From the NCBI RefSeq assembly GCF_006345805.1, contig NC_043005.1, forward strand, positions 93,558,001-93,622,000: a stretch of DNA of 64,000 nucleotides. Direction: 5' to 3'. The notes beneath the pieces were generated by a model. The model had not been told where the DNA came from, ran no database searches, and saw only the letters and a program-made list of their open reading frames with translations. A program made the translations under genes and the position numbers. Positions 14,400 through 28,387 of this stretch are shown here, piece by piece. Source of the DNA: Octopus sinensis (taxonomy: Eukaryota). Position 1 is the first letter of the stretch; every line of letters begins with the position of its first letter.

Positions 14400-15462
14400 C
14401 GCAAGTACTGTCCCAATCTCCGACCAATCACATACAGCTAGCTGGCATTCAATTCGTGTATCAATTTTCGGGCATTTTGATTAGGTTTTGGGTAGAAAAT
14501 TCACAAAAAAGTCACTTCTAATGATTTTTTAATGGCTTTACGGGATGACTGGGGAAATGTAAAGATGTGCACGACCACCCTAGGACGGTTTTGAATGACC
14601 ATAAAAAGTGCGAGCCCTCAAACCAAAATTTATGGATTTGTATAGACACACACACAGAAATATTGCCGTTTATATATATACTAGCAACATAGCCCGGCGT
14701 TGCCCGGGTATGTAAGAGCCCCTAGTAGGCAACGACTAATCCCAATCTAGTCCTTTCCCTCTAGGGAACGAAGGCGCATGTGTAGGTTGCAATGTCTTCT
14801 CTTCACTCCCAAATAACTATCAAACAGCTATCGATAATTCAACCCAACCAATTCCCACCAGGAAGAAATTACATTCGAGACTTTACCCCTAACACCGCCA
14901 CTTCTGCTAATAGCTGCTGCAGCCGCAAGTTATTCGAATACTTTTTTTGTTTACACTTTCTTTATAACTACCACCCCAAACGTTTTACCTTAAATTTTTG
15001 ATGTACCCTAGGGGTCCTCGGACGCTACTTGCAAACTCTTGGTTTATTATGAACCGCTTTTGTCGTGTGCATCAAAAAACCTTTTCTATTCGTTTGTTCA
15101 GTTTGGTCACTTTTGACTTTTTCGTTGTTGTCACTCACATTGCTGCCCGCTTTTTTGCCGTTTTTGTACATTTTTATACATTTTGGGATACTTACCCCAC
15201 GTGTTCCGAGAGTTAAAAAGGTCGAGTTGCGTCCCCTAGACAGTCTGTAGAAAATGTGTTGCATATAAAAAGCTTAGATTCTCGACCCATGTCGAATTTA
15301 TCGATTTTTTTTCAGAACTGGGGGAACTTTTCAAAACTTTCGCTGCGTTAGTTTTGAATTATGACATTGGGCTACGTGTGTGTGAAGTTTTAGCAGAATC
15401 GGTTGAAAGCCGTGGTCAGGTTGAGGGTACAACCTGACAGACACACAGACAGACAAACTGCC

Positions 15463-15470
<8 letters not shown>
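14400..15470 (-). mobile_element. Two adjacent non-autonomous Helitron-like elements (~14400-14680 partial; 14681-15470)
   Basis: A|CTAG at 14681 followed by the cccgg-cgttgc-ccggg hairpin (a 3' end on the minus strand). Both segments end in the same tgccgtttatatata terminus. Confidence 0.7.
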
Positions 15471-15500
<30 letters not shown>

Positions 15501-16547
15501 CAGTTTTTGCGTCTGTGCAGAGATTTGAAAAGTTAAGATCTGCAAGTTGTTTAGATCAACACTTGGTCTAACGCGCTGCGCATCTCGATTTAACTTAGGC
15601 GTCTCGCTGATGAAAGCGGCCTTAGCAAACATATTCTGTCTGTTTTGCTAGAAAGAGGTAGAAACTGATCAGTCCGGGATGTATCGTTATTGGTAAATGT
15701 TTTTGATTTTCACTCTCGATAAATTTATCCCTTTTTTGTGTCCCTAGCACTTGGCATCCTTATTTAGGAGCCCTTAATTATATTTCTATATGAATAATAT
15801 TTTTCTATATGAATAATATTTTTCTATATGAATAATATTTTGTCTAATGACTAATTCGTCCTTTGTGCTGGGCCACTGGTAGTAATCTATATTATTACCC
15901 TTTTGATTATATTCATATATATATATATATACATATATATTATCAATTAATCAATATAGGGTAGCAAAAAATTCAATAGAAATTTATCGCCACCAGCGAT
16001 TGAATTTTTTGCTACCCTATATTGATTAATTGATGATTTTATGACTAATTCTGAAATTGAATCAGCAGTTTATATTTACTGCTGATAAGTTGGCGCGAGT
16101 ACGATGGTTTTGAAAATTTTAGGGCAGATATTCCTAGGGCATAGATACAGATGCCTCGTGTATATCCGCCTCTCCTGGCCTCTTTACCGATGAGGTGTAG
16201 CCTTTGGTGGATTGACTTAATTTAATTTAATTAAGCTGGTTTACCATTAAAAACACCGAAACAATGCATTGTCTAAAGATGAATTAGGGTAAATGTTTTT
16301 AAATTTTCCTTTAATTTCTGAATTACTACTACTTGGCGGTTTGAGTCCTGGCTGCTCTTTCTAGTGGGTCGAATGGCCTATTAAGGCCATTCCTCAATTG
16401 TTGTTGAATTTATATACATATATATATACGTATGTATGTATGTAAATGTATGTATATATATATATATATAATATATATATATATTATATATATATATATA
16501 ATATATATATATATATGTGCATGTATATATATGTATATATATATACT

Positions 16548-16581
<34 letters not shown>

Positions 16582-16599
16582 GCAATAATAATTCTCTAA

Positions 16600-17461
16600 A
16601 CGAGATATAGACAGTAACTGCTCCATAACAAAAGGGACATTAGCCATTTGAATGTGGCTAGGGACAGGGCAGGGCGGTGGGGGTGTTACTGTTGCATTTA
16701 GCCCCAGGCGAACATCAACGTCACGAGAAAGGCTTGACACCATCACGGCGTCCTCTATCCTGCAAAGGGAGATCATCCACCGAAGAAGCGGAAGCCACAT
16801 ACGGACCCAGGTTTCGAGGTGTTTGCCTCTCGTCAACATATGGTAGGCACCGCCCTTCGAAACCTCGGTTGCTGGTGCATCAGCGGCATGTTCCGAAACC
16901 CCTTCGGTGGAACGTGAGCCACCGGAGCGAGAGGCTCTGTTAGTGGGAATTGTGCTACTGACAGAGCGGGCTGAAGCCCCTCCCCGTGAGGAGAACGTGA
17001 AACCCGTCGTTTTCTATCTCAGGAAAGGGCCTGTCGAGAAGTGCTTGGACGGTCTTCTAGGCCGAAAACGATTGGACTCTGTTTGTATAGACTGTCCAGA
17101 CTGGTCTCCGAAGGCGGCTGCGGATGTTGTGAGTCAGAAGGAACTGTTCGAGGTTATGGTGACCTATAATAAAAAAGATTTTGCTTCCCTCTTTCCGGAC
17201 CCCGACCTGCCGATGCAGGCTTTCCTGCTTGATTGATCTTATAGATTGTGTGTATATTGAATAATTTATTAAATATATTTGTAAGTCCAATAATTGTCGT
17301 TTTTTATGGGAAAAAAAGAACAATGTTTTAGAGAAGCAGAAAATCGGTGGGCGTTTACTGCCTTCTCTCATCAATATCATCCTTGTTTCCTCATTCACTT
17401 CATCAATGTATATGTCCAACCCGCAAGCTACTCTTTGTATGGCAAATCTTAATGAAATAAA
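16600..17461 (+). mobile_element. Tx1-related non-autonomous element or remnant (copy H): unassigned ORF followed directly by a Tx1-type 3' end
   Basis: The 3' end ctctttgta..tggcaaat.tt.atgaaataaa matches 22908-22948. The ORF at 16847-17236 is GC-richer than its flanks but has no ORF2 motifs. The 5' boundary is unknown. Confidence 0.45.
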
Positions 17462-17476
17462 GTAGCTTGCTTAACC

Positions 17477-20400
17477 TTTGTCGAAGACAGACGTCTTTTT
17501 TTGGCGGTGAGTCAAACGTTTTGTTGCACATGGATAATTTTATTAATATGTTATTAATATTGAATTTATTAATATTATTGATATTGAACTTGTTAAAGCC
17601 GTTGTAGGCTTTATTGTCGTGCCCCACCCCCACCCAGCGGGGGTGGCATTTGAACTGTTATCCTCATTAAGGGGGAAAATATTATAGGCTTCCCGTTTTG
17701 GGGGTAAGCAAATTATTATTGTGGAAAAAATTAAATTTTAGCCATTGTAGACTCTATTGTGACATCCACCCGTAGCGCGGGTGAGATTTGAACTGTTGTC
17801 CTCGTTGTGAGAAAAAAATATAGGTTTCCCTTCCCTTTTGGGGGGATTCTATATTTCATTATTGTGTGGAAAAAATTAATTTCGAATCGTCGTGAACTTT
17901 GGACTGCGGTAATACAAATTGATTATTTTTTTCCTCTGCGAGAGGGAAACCTTTTCTCTTGAATTATACTTATTTCAACCATGTCGGTTGAAATCATTCG
18001 TGAAAAAAATGCTCTTGTAGAGAGCAATGTTGATGTTGGCAATTGCACCAACACTGTGAAAAAGTTTTCGGCAGTTGCCTCTGTGGCAACCGAAAATATC
18101 TCGGCAGATATGTTGCAGGGATATTTTAAAAGGATGAAGGAAGAGGGAGGTGATGTTGTGATATCACCCTTCTCCACTGTGTTAGAAACAGAGAAACGGA
18201 CCGTAGTGTATAAAACCTTCTGCCCACAAGACAAAAGGTTCAAACACTTCGAAAAAGAAATAATCGAAAAATGCCTGCCCCCGATATGGAGGGATATAGT
18301 GTATATCTCGAGGGGACGGGCATATGGTTCTGTTGAGGTCCAATTCTCAAAGGAAGAGGTGGCCTGCGGGCATTCCGTGTGTCTCCTGAAGTTCAAAGAA
18401 GTGGTACTTCTGCCAACTTATATGGGACGAAAAACGTCCCGTGTAAGAATCAATGAAGTGCCACCTGAAGTGGACCCGAAAGAAGTGGTGGCCGTCCTGC
18501 TGTTTAATAGGACGGACCGAATAAAATATTACAAACGACAAGTTCCGCCCCCCCCCCCCCCGAATTGGTTAGGGGGGAACATTACAGTATTAATTCAAGG
18601 AAAACAGGAGGACATTCAGGTCCTACCAGAGAGAGTGCTCGTTGGGGAGAATGTGGCCCTTAGGGCACAGGTGGAAGGCCGTAAGCCCACCTGTTACCAA
18701 TGCGGAAAAAGAGCCACATTCGAGTGGACTGTGAATAACAAAAAAAACCACCCCGCAAGCACACCAACCCCCACAAACAAAAAAATCCCCACTCCCCCTG
18801 TTGTGGTGCCAGCCCCGAAACAAATGACAAAAAAGACCCAGCCCCTACACTCACAAACCCCTACAAATATAAAAACACCCATACCCTTGAAAGCTGTGGC
18901 ACCGACTGCTCCAAAAGGTGTTACCCCTAGAGACGTTAACCCCTCAGACGATACCATAGAGGTATCAGAGGGTGGATTTATAAAAAAAGAAAACCTTCCC
19001 CATCCATATCCCCTACAAAAAAAACAAAACCAAAACAATACACAAAAGACACTAAAAAAGAAATCCCACCCAGGAAGAAAAAGAGGAAAATTGTATGCTT
19101 GTCGAATACAACACTACTGAACAATACACAAACGAAGCTATTGTGACACATCAGAGGACAAAACTCTATATCCAACATGAAGGACTGACGCGGAGATGTG
19201 CAGCAATAGGGGAAACCCTATACCGCGACTTAAAGGAAAGGAACCCGAACGCCATTTGAAATATTAACGAATTACCAAATTATGCGAAGGAAGGGGCTGA
19301 TCCACGTGTGGTGAAGTCGGCCCCAGCTTCTCCAATGAGAAAGTAAGTAGAACGTTTTACTTTTGTAAACGGACTCACTTAACTTTGGTTGTTTGAATGT
19401 GCGTGGTCTGAGTTCGAAGTGGAAGCAGGCGTGTTTCCTCGACGATCTCAGATCACATGATATGCATATGATGGTTGCTACAGAGACCAAGCTGAACAGT
19501 CTACAAACCTTCTCGCTTCTCCTGAATGGCTACGAGAAAATCATATCTCCTGGCCAGGCCGGACGTCGAGGGGTGTAGTGGTACTGATCCGTAAAGGATT
19601 GGCTCTGCAAACAAGTACAGTCTATGTGGGCCCCGAAGGTGGGCTGGTCGTCCTTGATGTGACATACAGCAGTAAGGCCTTCAGGTTGATCGGAGTCTAT
19701 GCACCTTGTGCTAGAGGTTTCCAAACTGATTTTTATCGGCGCCTAGAGAACTTTCTCGTGACGTCGAAGACTTTAGTGGTATTACGGGACTTTAATGCTA
19801 TCGTTGAGGTACACATCGATAGTGTTGGCTCGATCCATAGAAAAATGAACTCACGTCTCGTGGATCTGCTTAAGCGGTTTCAGCTGGCAGATCGTTACAG
19901 ACTTGACCATCCGAACGTCCTAGAGTGGACCTGGATGAGTGGCGACGGAAGGTTCAAGTCCTACTTAGATAGGATAGTGATAAGAACTGGAGATAAGTCT
20001 AGTTTTAGTTGTCCACAGCTTGTCCAGGTGCCCTATACTGACCATAGAATGGTCAAGTGTAGACTGGACATAGGTAGCACACTTAAGATAAAACCCGGCT
20101 ACTGGAAGCTGAACAAGTCTATTTTGACTTGTGAGGCATACCGTAGCCGGATGAAGAAGTTAGTGCAGAGGGCGTTAACCGGAGCCGTGGTTAATAACCG
20201 GTGGTGGTTCGCCCTCAAAAGAGCCATTCGATTCGAGTCCATTAGGTTTAGTAAGCAAGTAAGACTAGACAGGGCTAGAATAAAAGGGCAATTAGTTAAG
20301 AACTTAGAGGAGGCGTTGAGGTTGGGCTGTGCATCTCACATTTTGGCAGCGACAACGGCATTAGACCGTCACCTCAAAACCAAACATGAGGGGTGTAGAG

Positions 20401-22948
20401 TTCGGGCTAAAGTGCGAGCATTGGGCTGTGAGGGAATTAATGTTGCTGGATGGGCCCGTACGATAGAACCCAGCGTGGCAATGATGCCACAATTAGGTCT
20501 CTTGCGGACGGAAACGGATGCACGGTCAAGGAGCGGGACGAGATGTGTGAGGCACTTTACAAGCACTTCGACGAGTTGTTCGGGAGGTGCGGGACGCTGG
20601 ATCATGGTGAGGCCCTTAGGGACTTCCTGTCTGGCAGCCCGCATCTCTCGGCACGAGAGGCTGAGTGCTGTGAATGATCAATCACGGCCGCAGAGGTAAT
20701 CGAGGTACTGGGCGAATTCCCCGGGGAGAAGTGACCGGGTCTCGTTGGTCTGCCTTATGAATTCTACAAAACTATACCAGACTTGTTCGGGCATCTGCTG
20801 GCCAGCGTCTACGCCAATTGGCAGCAGAATGGGAGAATTCCCAAGTCTGCGAGCCGGGGGATGGTGACGTTGATCAGGAAGGACCCGAGCAAGGTGGACG
20901 ATATAGGGAACTTCAGGCCCATAACTCTGCTGAACACAGAGTTAAAGATTTTGGCCAAGGTGCTAGCGAAAAGGTTGGCGCGGGTCGTGGACAAACTTGT
21001 CGGGGAAGTGCAAACGTGCGCTATCCCGGGCAGGACGATACACGACAATTTCCACCTTATACGCTACTCCTTAGAGAGGGTGGGGAAGCTTTCTGGCGCA
21101 GGAGGGGCACTGGTACATGTAGACCGGTCCTCGAGAAGGCTGGCCTGGGCCCGACCTTCCGCTGTTGGATTGCTGCGTCGTACAGCAACATCGACTCCGT
21201 CGTCAAGGTGAATGGTTTCCTTTCGAAGCCATTCAGGATCGAGCGTTCAGTTCGTCAGGGGTGTCCCCTGTCCCGGCTTCTAAATGTGTTGGCTCTTGAG
21301 CCTTTGCTGCGGAAGTTAGAGGCACTAGGGGGCGCACCGCATGATCTATGGTGTGGAAGAGGAGCTACGGCGTATGCTGATGACATCTCCATCATCGTGG
21401 CGGATGAAGGTCAGCTTCCAGTGGTGGAAGGGGCTATCAAAAGCTACGAGGCGGTGGCAGGAGCAAAGGTTAAGGACAAGTCAATTGGTTTGCAGCTCGG
21501 CACCTGGAGGAGCAAACCGATGCCGTCCAATAACGTCGTGGGGCGTTGGACGGAAGGTCCTGTTAAGCTGCTCGGAGTCTGGTTCGGGCCAGACTTCCAG
21601 GTAGAGAAAAATTGGAGTGAGGTGGCCAGCAAGGTGACTGCTCTAACCCAGACCTGGTCTGGGCGGGCGTTATCCTTGCTAGGAAAGGCGGAGGTGGTGC
21701 AGATGTGTATAGCATCGGTTATCTCCTACCGTCTGACCGTGGTGCCTTGCCCCGATTTGTGGCTGAACAAGTTGGAGAGAATCCTTTTCCATTTATTGTG
21801 GAAAGGAGGAAAGCCACTCGTGAAGCGCTCTGTCTGCTGCCAGAAGTCACTAAAGGGTGGGCTAGGGATGTCTTGGCTGAGGATGTGAAAATTCGCGTTA
21901 AGGTTGAGGCACCTCTGGCTTTACATGGATGGAGAGCAGATGTGGTCACCGCACGTTTGTTTCTACCCTCCGCAATTAACGTCCTTAACGGACTTTGGTA
22001 ATTGGATCAAGCAGAGACCTAGGCTGGGGGACTGGCAATTGGAGTGCCACCAGGCACTTCAGCTACTCTCTCGGGCGAGCAATGCCGGCAACAAGAGTTC
22101 CACCGCGGATTTCAATTGTGGGTTAGTGGAAGTTAAGTCCGAAGACGCCTTGGGGGAGACCATGGGCTACGATTAAAATCAGAGAACTTTCGGGCCGGGG
22201 TATCTTGACAATTACCAGAAGTCTCTGGCTTGGCAGTGCTTCCGTGCGGCGTTACCTGTTCGTGATAAACTGTCAAGGCACGGAAGTGCCGTCTCGCCGA
22301 CATGTCTGAGGTGCGGGCAGGACAGGGAAACCGTCTAGCACGCATTTGTGGAGTGTCCGGAATTAACTGGACTGATAGTTTTCGCAGAGCAGCTGTTGTC
22401 ATCGATGGGAAGAGTACAGCTATCAGCTGAGATTGTGCCGCCTCCTTCCCTTAACAGGGAAAGGAAGGCTTGCTTTTTCTGCGTAGTAGCTATACTGAAA
22501 GAAACAGTATGGAAGGCGCGTGTGAGAGGCATAGTGTCGGGTATCTTTATATCCGGCCAGGGGTTGGTTAACTTTTTTAGTTACCACCTCAGTAATAAGA
22601 TCAGGCTGGAGAAAAGGTACCTGTCACGAGACAGATTCATGAGAAGATGGAAGCCTGTGGCGAGGAAGCTGGGAGTGTTTGGCACCAGGTAAGTGGAAGC
22701 CAAAAACAGGAAAGAAAAAGCAAGGGGTCTACTCTGGTGGTCGGATGCCTATTCTTCAGAGAAGCCATTACAAATTTCATTTGTAATGAGCAACGCTTAA
22801 GTCAAAAGTTATAAACATATTTATTAAATTATTGTAAATTTTAAACTGTAAATATTTAATCGCTACAGCTACTTCACCCTTTTATGTTTGTCTGTTCTTG
22901 TTCGTCCCCTCTTTGTAATGCCTTCATGGCAAATATTTATGAAATAAA
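17477..22948 (+). mobile_element. Tx1/L1-clade retrotransposon, apparently full length, decayed (copy D)
   Basis: 5' UTR with ~140-bp tandem repeat; ORF1 17981-19120; APE from ~19380 (NVRGL..ATETKL..DFNA..SYLDRI..TDH); RT 20700-21890 (GCPLS, AYADD); C-terminal Cys motif ~22300; AATAAA at 22943-22948. GTAGCTTGCTTA occurs on both sides (17462-17473, 22949-22960). Confidence 0.93.
17981..19120 (+). pseudogene. Tx1 ORF1 (gag-like), frameshifted within its CCHC knuckle
   Basis: LLPTYMGRKTSRV..VEGRKPTCYQCGK; a 1-nt shift near 18710 restores ..HIRVDC. Homologous to the ORF1 at 34128-35479. Confidence 0.8.
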
Positions 22949-23081
22949 GTAGCTTGCTTACCAACCACATGGTTCCGGCTTCAGTCCCACTGCGTGGCAC
23001 CTTGGGCAAGTGTCTTCTACTACAGCCTCGGGCCGACCAAAGCCTTGTGGGTGGATTTGGTAGACAGAAACTGAAAGAAGC

Positions 23082-23142
<61 letters not shown>

Positions 23143-23345
23143 TGTGCGTGTGTTTGTCCCCCCAACATAGCTTGGCAACTGATGGTGGTTTGTTTACGTC
23201 TCCGTAACTTAGCGGTTCGGCAAAAGACACCGATAGAATAATTACTAGGCTTCCAAAGAATAACTCCTGTGGTCGATTTGCTCAAATAAAGGCGGTGCTC
23301 CAGCATGGCCTCAGTCAAATAACTGAAACAAGTAAAAGAGTAAAA
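22949..23345 (+). mobile_element. tRNA-derived SINE family S2 missing its first ~25 nt
   Basis: Begins gtagcttgcttaccaaccacatggttcc (compare the intact head at 27937), has a central (TG)n and the tail caagtaaaagagtaaaag. Confidence 0.9.
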
Positions 23346-25526
23346 GTTATATATATATATATATAACTGTACCTTAATATCATTTGTAAACAAAGATAAG
23401 TTCATATGCTGAACCCACCTTTCCATATTACCTCATCACCACGAAACAATCTGATATTATGAATTCGGTAAACAGATTTGATTTTATTGATATATTTTGG
23501 CTGCAGCCTGTGCAGCCTATTTATTTATTTATTTATTTATTTTCTTTCTTGGTCATATCTGGCTTCATTAGATAGACTTTAAACAGGGAAGAAATTAACT
23601 CCATTGACAACATAAGAATAGTTTGTATTTCACATCAAATGTAGGTATTAAGTCAAGGAGGAAAATGGAAGAAATATGTTGCAGAGATAAATTAAAGTTC
23701 TAAATAAATGAATGTCAAATTTATGTAGCAGAATGAAACGACTGGGCGCAGCTGTATAGACGCTGATGATTTGACACAGCTGATTGGCTATTCAACCTGT
23801 TTTGGCGGCGGTACTTTTTGGTGTTGGAGGCAAACCCGCGCATGCAAAAATATACACATACAGATAGAGTGAGAGAGAGAGGGGGCGATAGAGAGAAACA
23901 GACATAACAATTTATTAATCGAACACGATTGATATAAACACTTTCCCTCTCCTCATACACACAGAGAGATATGCTCTGACATATAAACACAGAAGAAGAG
24001 GAAGAGGAAGAGAACGAGAGACACATTAAAACGTCTGATGTCAAATAAGTCATCGTCGAATCAACGACATCAAATAGGCGGCGTCGAAACAGAAATGCCA
24101 AAACGTTTCATATCCCATAGGTAATATATGCTACATACAGAATATATTACATGCTGTTTATACGATATAAACAGGATTTAAATGTTCAGAGAGTGTGCTA
24201 ATTTAACGTTTAACATGCATTTTGTGTTCTTTTTTTTAATTAACGTAAATTAACTGGAAGTGAAAACTGTAACTACTCATAATTTGTGTATTTAAGGGAT
24301 ACATGTGTGTGGTTCCAAATTTGTTTCTTTAAACATAGTCTCGAGTCCACACAAGCCTTGTGAGGGAATTTGGAGCCATAGATATAATCTATTCATGGGA
24401 TAGCCTGCATCTATAATTCAAAGGTATGGCTTTGTCCCACACTGAGAATTGCGTTAAGAAAACACATCCCGCCTACAAACTCACTCAATGAACAGGACAT
24501 TCCGTTGATCGAACGATTGTAACATTCATTGACAAAACCGACGGCGAACCATTCATAAGTGTGTACTCATATGTTACTGGGTAGTTGAGAATAAACTCAT
24601 GCCAGCTCATAAAATCGTTCTCATGCCAGCTCATAAAATAGCGCGAGTAAACTGATCGCCTGTGCCGGACTAACAACCTCCCACGTGTCCTTGTCGTTGC
24701 ATTGGTGCTATTACCGCCAAAATAATTCACTCAAAATCAAGTTTGTGCCAGCTCCGGAAGTCGGTGACTGCCGATGACGTTGGCTTGCCTGTCTGTTGAG
24801 TACGTTACTGTGGGCTGTGGTTTGACTGAGTCTTTCTAGATTGACAATGACTTAATGGGGATTATAAAGATATACTGAACAGGTGTCAGTCATAACAAGG
24901 TATAAAAAGTTATGATCAGTTATACTAAAATAAAGAGTATTGAATACTTTAGATATAGTAAGCAGGGATTACATATACTAATATATACAATAACTTCATT
25001 GACTATATTAGGGGCGTGGAGCTGAAGCTTCACAATAGTGGCGAGTGTAGTTGTGGTGATATGTTGGTGGCAATGGTGGTGGTGGTGGTGGGGTGAGGTG
25101 ACGATTTTAGTTGTCTGTTGGTTGCTTATGGGAGTGATGGTGGATGTGACGGTGGTGTTAATGGTGGCGACGGCGTGGGCGGGGGGGTGTTATCAGGTTA
25201 TGCTGACTAATGACTACTTACGTGGCTATTTACATTACCGAACCTGAAACTAACAAGTTGTTGCCCGTTCGCCTTTCAAGAGTTTGTATTACATCTGCTA
25301 AGTTGGTTCAGAATCTGATTGTAGCCACCAGACATTTGATACCCACTGTACCAGTTATATACTGACGTACTGGAGTCCATCTAATCGACAATAACCTTTC
25401 TCCAATGTTAGAAGTCAATATTGTTATTTAGTAGCTGTCTCCAGTTTTCAAGTGCAGAAAAATGCTGTACTATCGATGTGTGGATGTTAACATGAGTCAT
25501 CGTAACGGCATGATCAAGAATTAGTC

Positions 25527-25672
25527 GAGTGGTTCCAAACCTGTGGTCCGCAAAGGTAGTACTGGAGGTCATCAACATGTTAAGCTGACAGACCTTTCAA
25601 AATACTGGGGTCCGTGGGAAAACTCATTTCAATAAAAGGGGTCCTTGGTAATGAAAAGGTTGGGTACCACCG
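25527..25672. mobile_element. hAT-type MITE (~146 bp)
   Basis: Imperfect TIRs gagtggttccaaacct / aggttgggtaccaccg; 8-bp TSD AATTAGTC at 25519-25526 and 25673-25680. Confidence 0.85.
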
Positions 25673-25954
25673 AATTAGTCCTTCTGTAACGACATCATTG
25701 ATACAGAGATAAAAACATAGATTTGAACTCCTTGTCGTCGTCGGCGGCGGCGCCCATCTCCGGTATCTTCTAACATTATTATTAGACAACATCATAAAGT
25801 AGTGATAAGTTTATGGTATGTGGTTTGAATATCTGAAATTAGCTCACACCATCGTGTATTTCGCTTGCTCGTAAATCAGCATGAATTACACAACATCCAA
25901 TTCCTCTATTTATAAATATGGAACCTATGCTAGAATCGTTATCATTCATTAGAG

Positions 25955-26419
25955 CCGGGGTCACCAATTCACAGCCCGCGAGGAGAGTTCATTTGTCTCT
26001 GCTATGGCATCGGTGCTTGGTGAGCAAACATTTTTTTCAAAAATGAAGAATGTGAAATCAGCACATCGAACGAGGTTGACTGATGAACATTTGAAAGCAA
26101 TTCTCTTGGTTGGATGCAACAATTCCAAACCATTTATTGATGATATCTTAAAAGCTAAACACCAGTTTCACAAATCTTTTTTTGCTGCTTAGTTTGTGAG
26201 ATTCGGACATGTGCACACTGGGTGTGATATAACTATCTTATTGCTAACATATATAACTATCTTACTGTCTTCTTTGATAACTTTTTAGTAAATAACTATT
26301 GTGGTTGTCTTTATTTTTTGTGTATTCACTGTATTGCATTCAACAAAATGGCTATGCGGCCCGCGCTCATTGTTCTTTCAGTTATCTGGCCCGCCGTGAA
26401 AAACGTTTGGTGACCCCTG
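25955..26419 (+). mobile_element. Internally deleted hAT (Charlie/SPIN-like) DNA transposon keeping part of the dimerisation domain
   Basis: TIRs ccggggtcaccaa / ttggtgacccctg; 8-bp TSD CATTAGAG at 25947-25954 and 26420-26427; ORF 26004-26192 EQTFFSKMKNVKSAHRTRLTDEHL. Confidence 0.9.
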
Positions 26420-26744
26420 CATTAGAGGGTGCTGGTTTCAAAATGCGTGCAGCATCACACAGTATTCATTCGAAAGAATCAGTAGAATCCCTCTGGTAAT
26501 CGTTAATTACATTCTTCTGTTTTGCATTTACATCCTGGATTTGACTCTGCATTTCAACTTTGAAGACTGACAAAAAATATGGTAGCAGTTATCTATTGAT
26601 GTACTGGAATCGAAACCTAGTACCAAGGTTACAAATCAATATTGTTATTAAGTACTTGCAGCATTTAGTTACGGCACTCTGTGTTCTGAGTTCAAATCCT
26701 GTCTGGTCCACTTTAACCAGAAATTTGACTGAGAACCTTAGCTT

Positions 26745-26965
26745 TTATTCTTTTACTTGTTTCCGTCATTAGACTGCGGCCATGCTGGAGCACCGCCTTG
26801 AAGAAGTCTTAGTTAAATGACTCGATCCCAGGACTTATTTTTGAAAGCCTGGTACTAATTATATCAGTCTCTGCTGCTGAGCCGCTAATTCACGGGGACA
26901 TAAACACACCAACACCGGGTGTCAAGTGGTGGTGGTGGACAAACACTGAGATAAAGACATGTACA
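26745..26965 (-). mobile_element. SINE family S2, 3' half
   Basis: ttttacttgtttccgtcattagactgcggccatgctggagcaccgcc..aaacacaccaacaccgg is the reverse complement of the S2 tail. Confidence 0.8.
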
Positions 26966-26977
26966 TATGTGTGTGTA

Positions 26978-27900
<923 letters not shown>

Positions 27901-27936
27901 GACACACACACAGATACACACACAGACACACAAGTA

Positions 27937-28098
27937 GGCGCAGGAGAGGTTGTGTGGTAAAAAGCTTGCTTCCCAACCACATGGTTCTGGGTTCAATCCC
28001 ACTGCATGGAACCTTGGGCAAGTGTCTACAACTATAGCTTCGAGCCGACCAAAGACTTGTGAGTGGATTTGGTAGATGGAAACTGGAAGAAGTCCGTC

Positions 28099-28167
<69 letters not shown>

Positions 28168-28372
28168 CGTATGTATTTGTGTTTGTCCCCCCACCATCGC
28201 TTCACAATTGATGTTGGTGTGTTTACGTCCCCGTAACTTAGCGGTTCGGCAAAATAGGCCGATAGAATAAATACTAGGCTTACAAAGAATAAGTCCTGGA
28301 GTCAATATGCTAGACTAAAGGAGATGCTCCAGCATGGCCGCAGTCAAATGACTAAAATAAGTAAAAGAATAA
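27937..28372 (+). mobile_element. Full-length tRNA-derived SINE, family S2
   Basis: Head ggcgcaggagaggttgtgtggtaaaaagcttgctt..gggttcaatccc (A/B-box-like), ccttgggcaagtgtc body, (TG)n and the S2 tail. Confidence 0.9.
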
Positions 28373-28387
28373 AAATATATATACGAT

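Noticed and set aside
15600-15670. CTGATGA..hairpin..GAAA resembling a hammerhead
   Set aside because: There are 9 unpaired nt between the core and the hairpin, and stems I and III cannot be built.
24485-24730. 81-aa minus-strand ORF with NGS/NVT motifs
   Set aside because: It contains an internal ~21-bp duplication, has in-frame stops just upstream, no splice support and no recognisable family.
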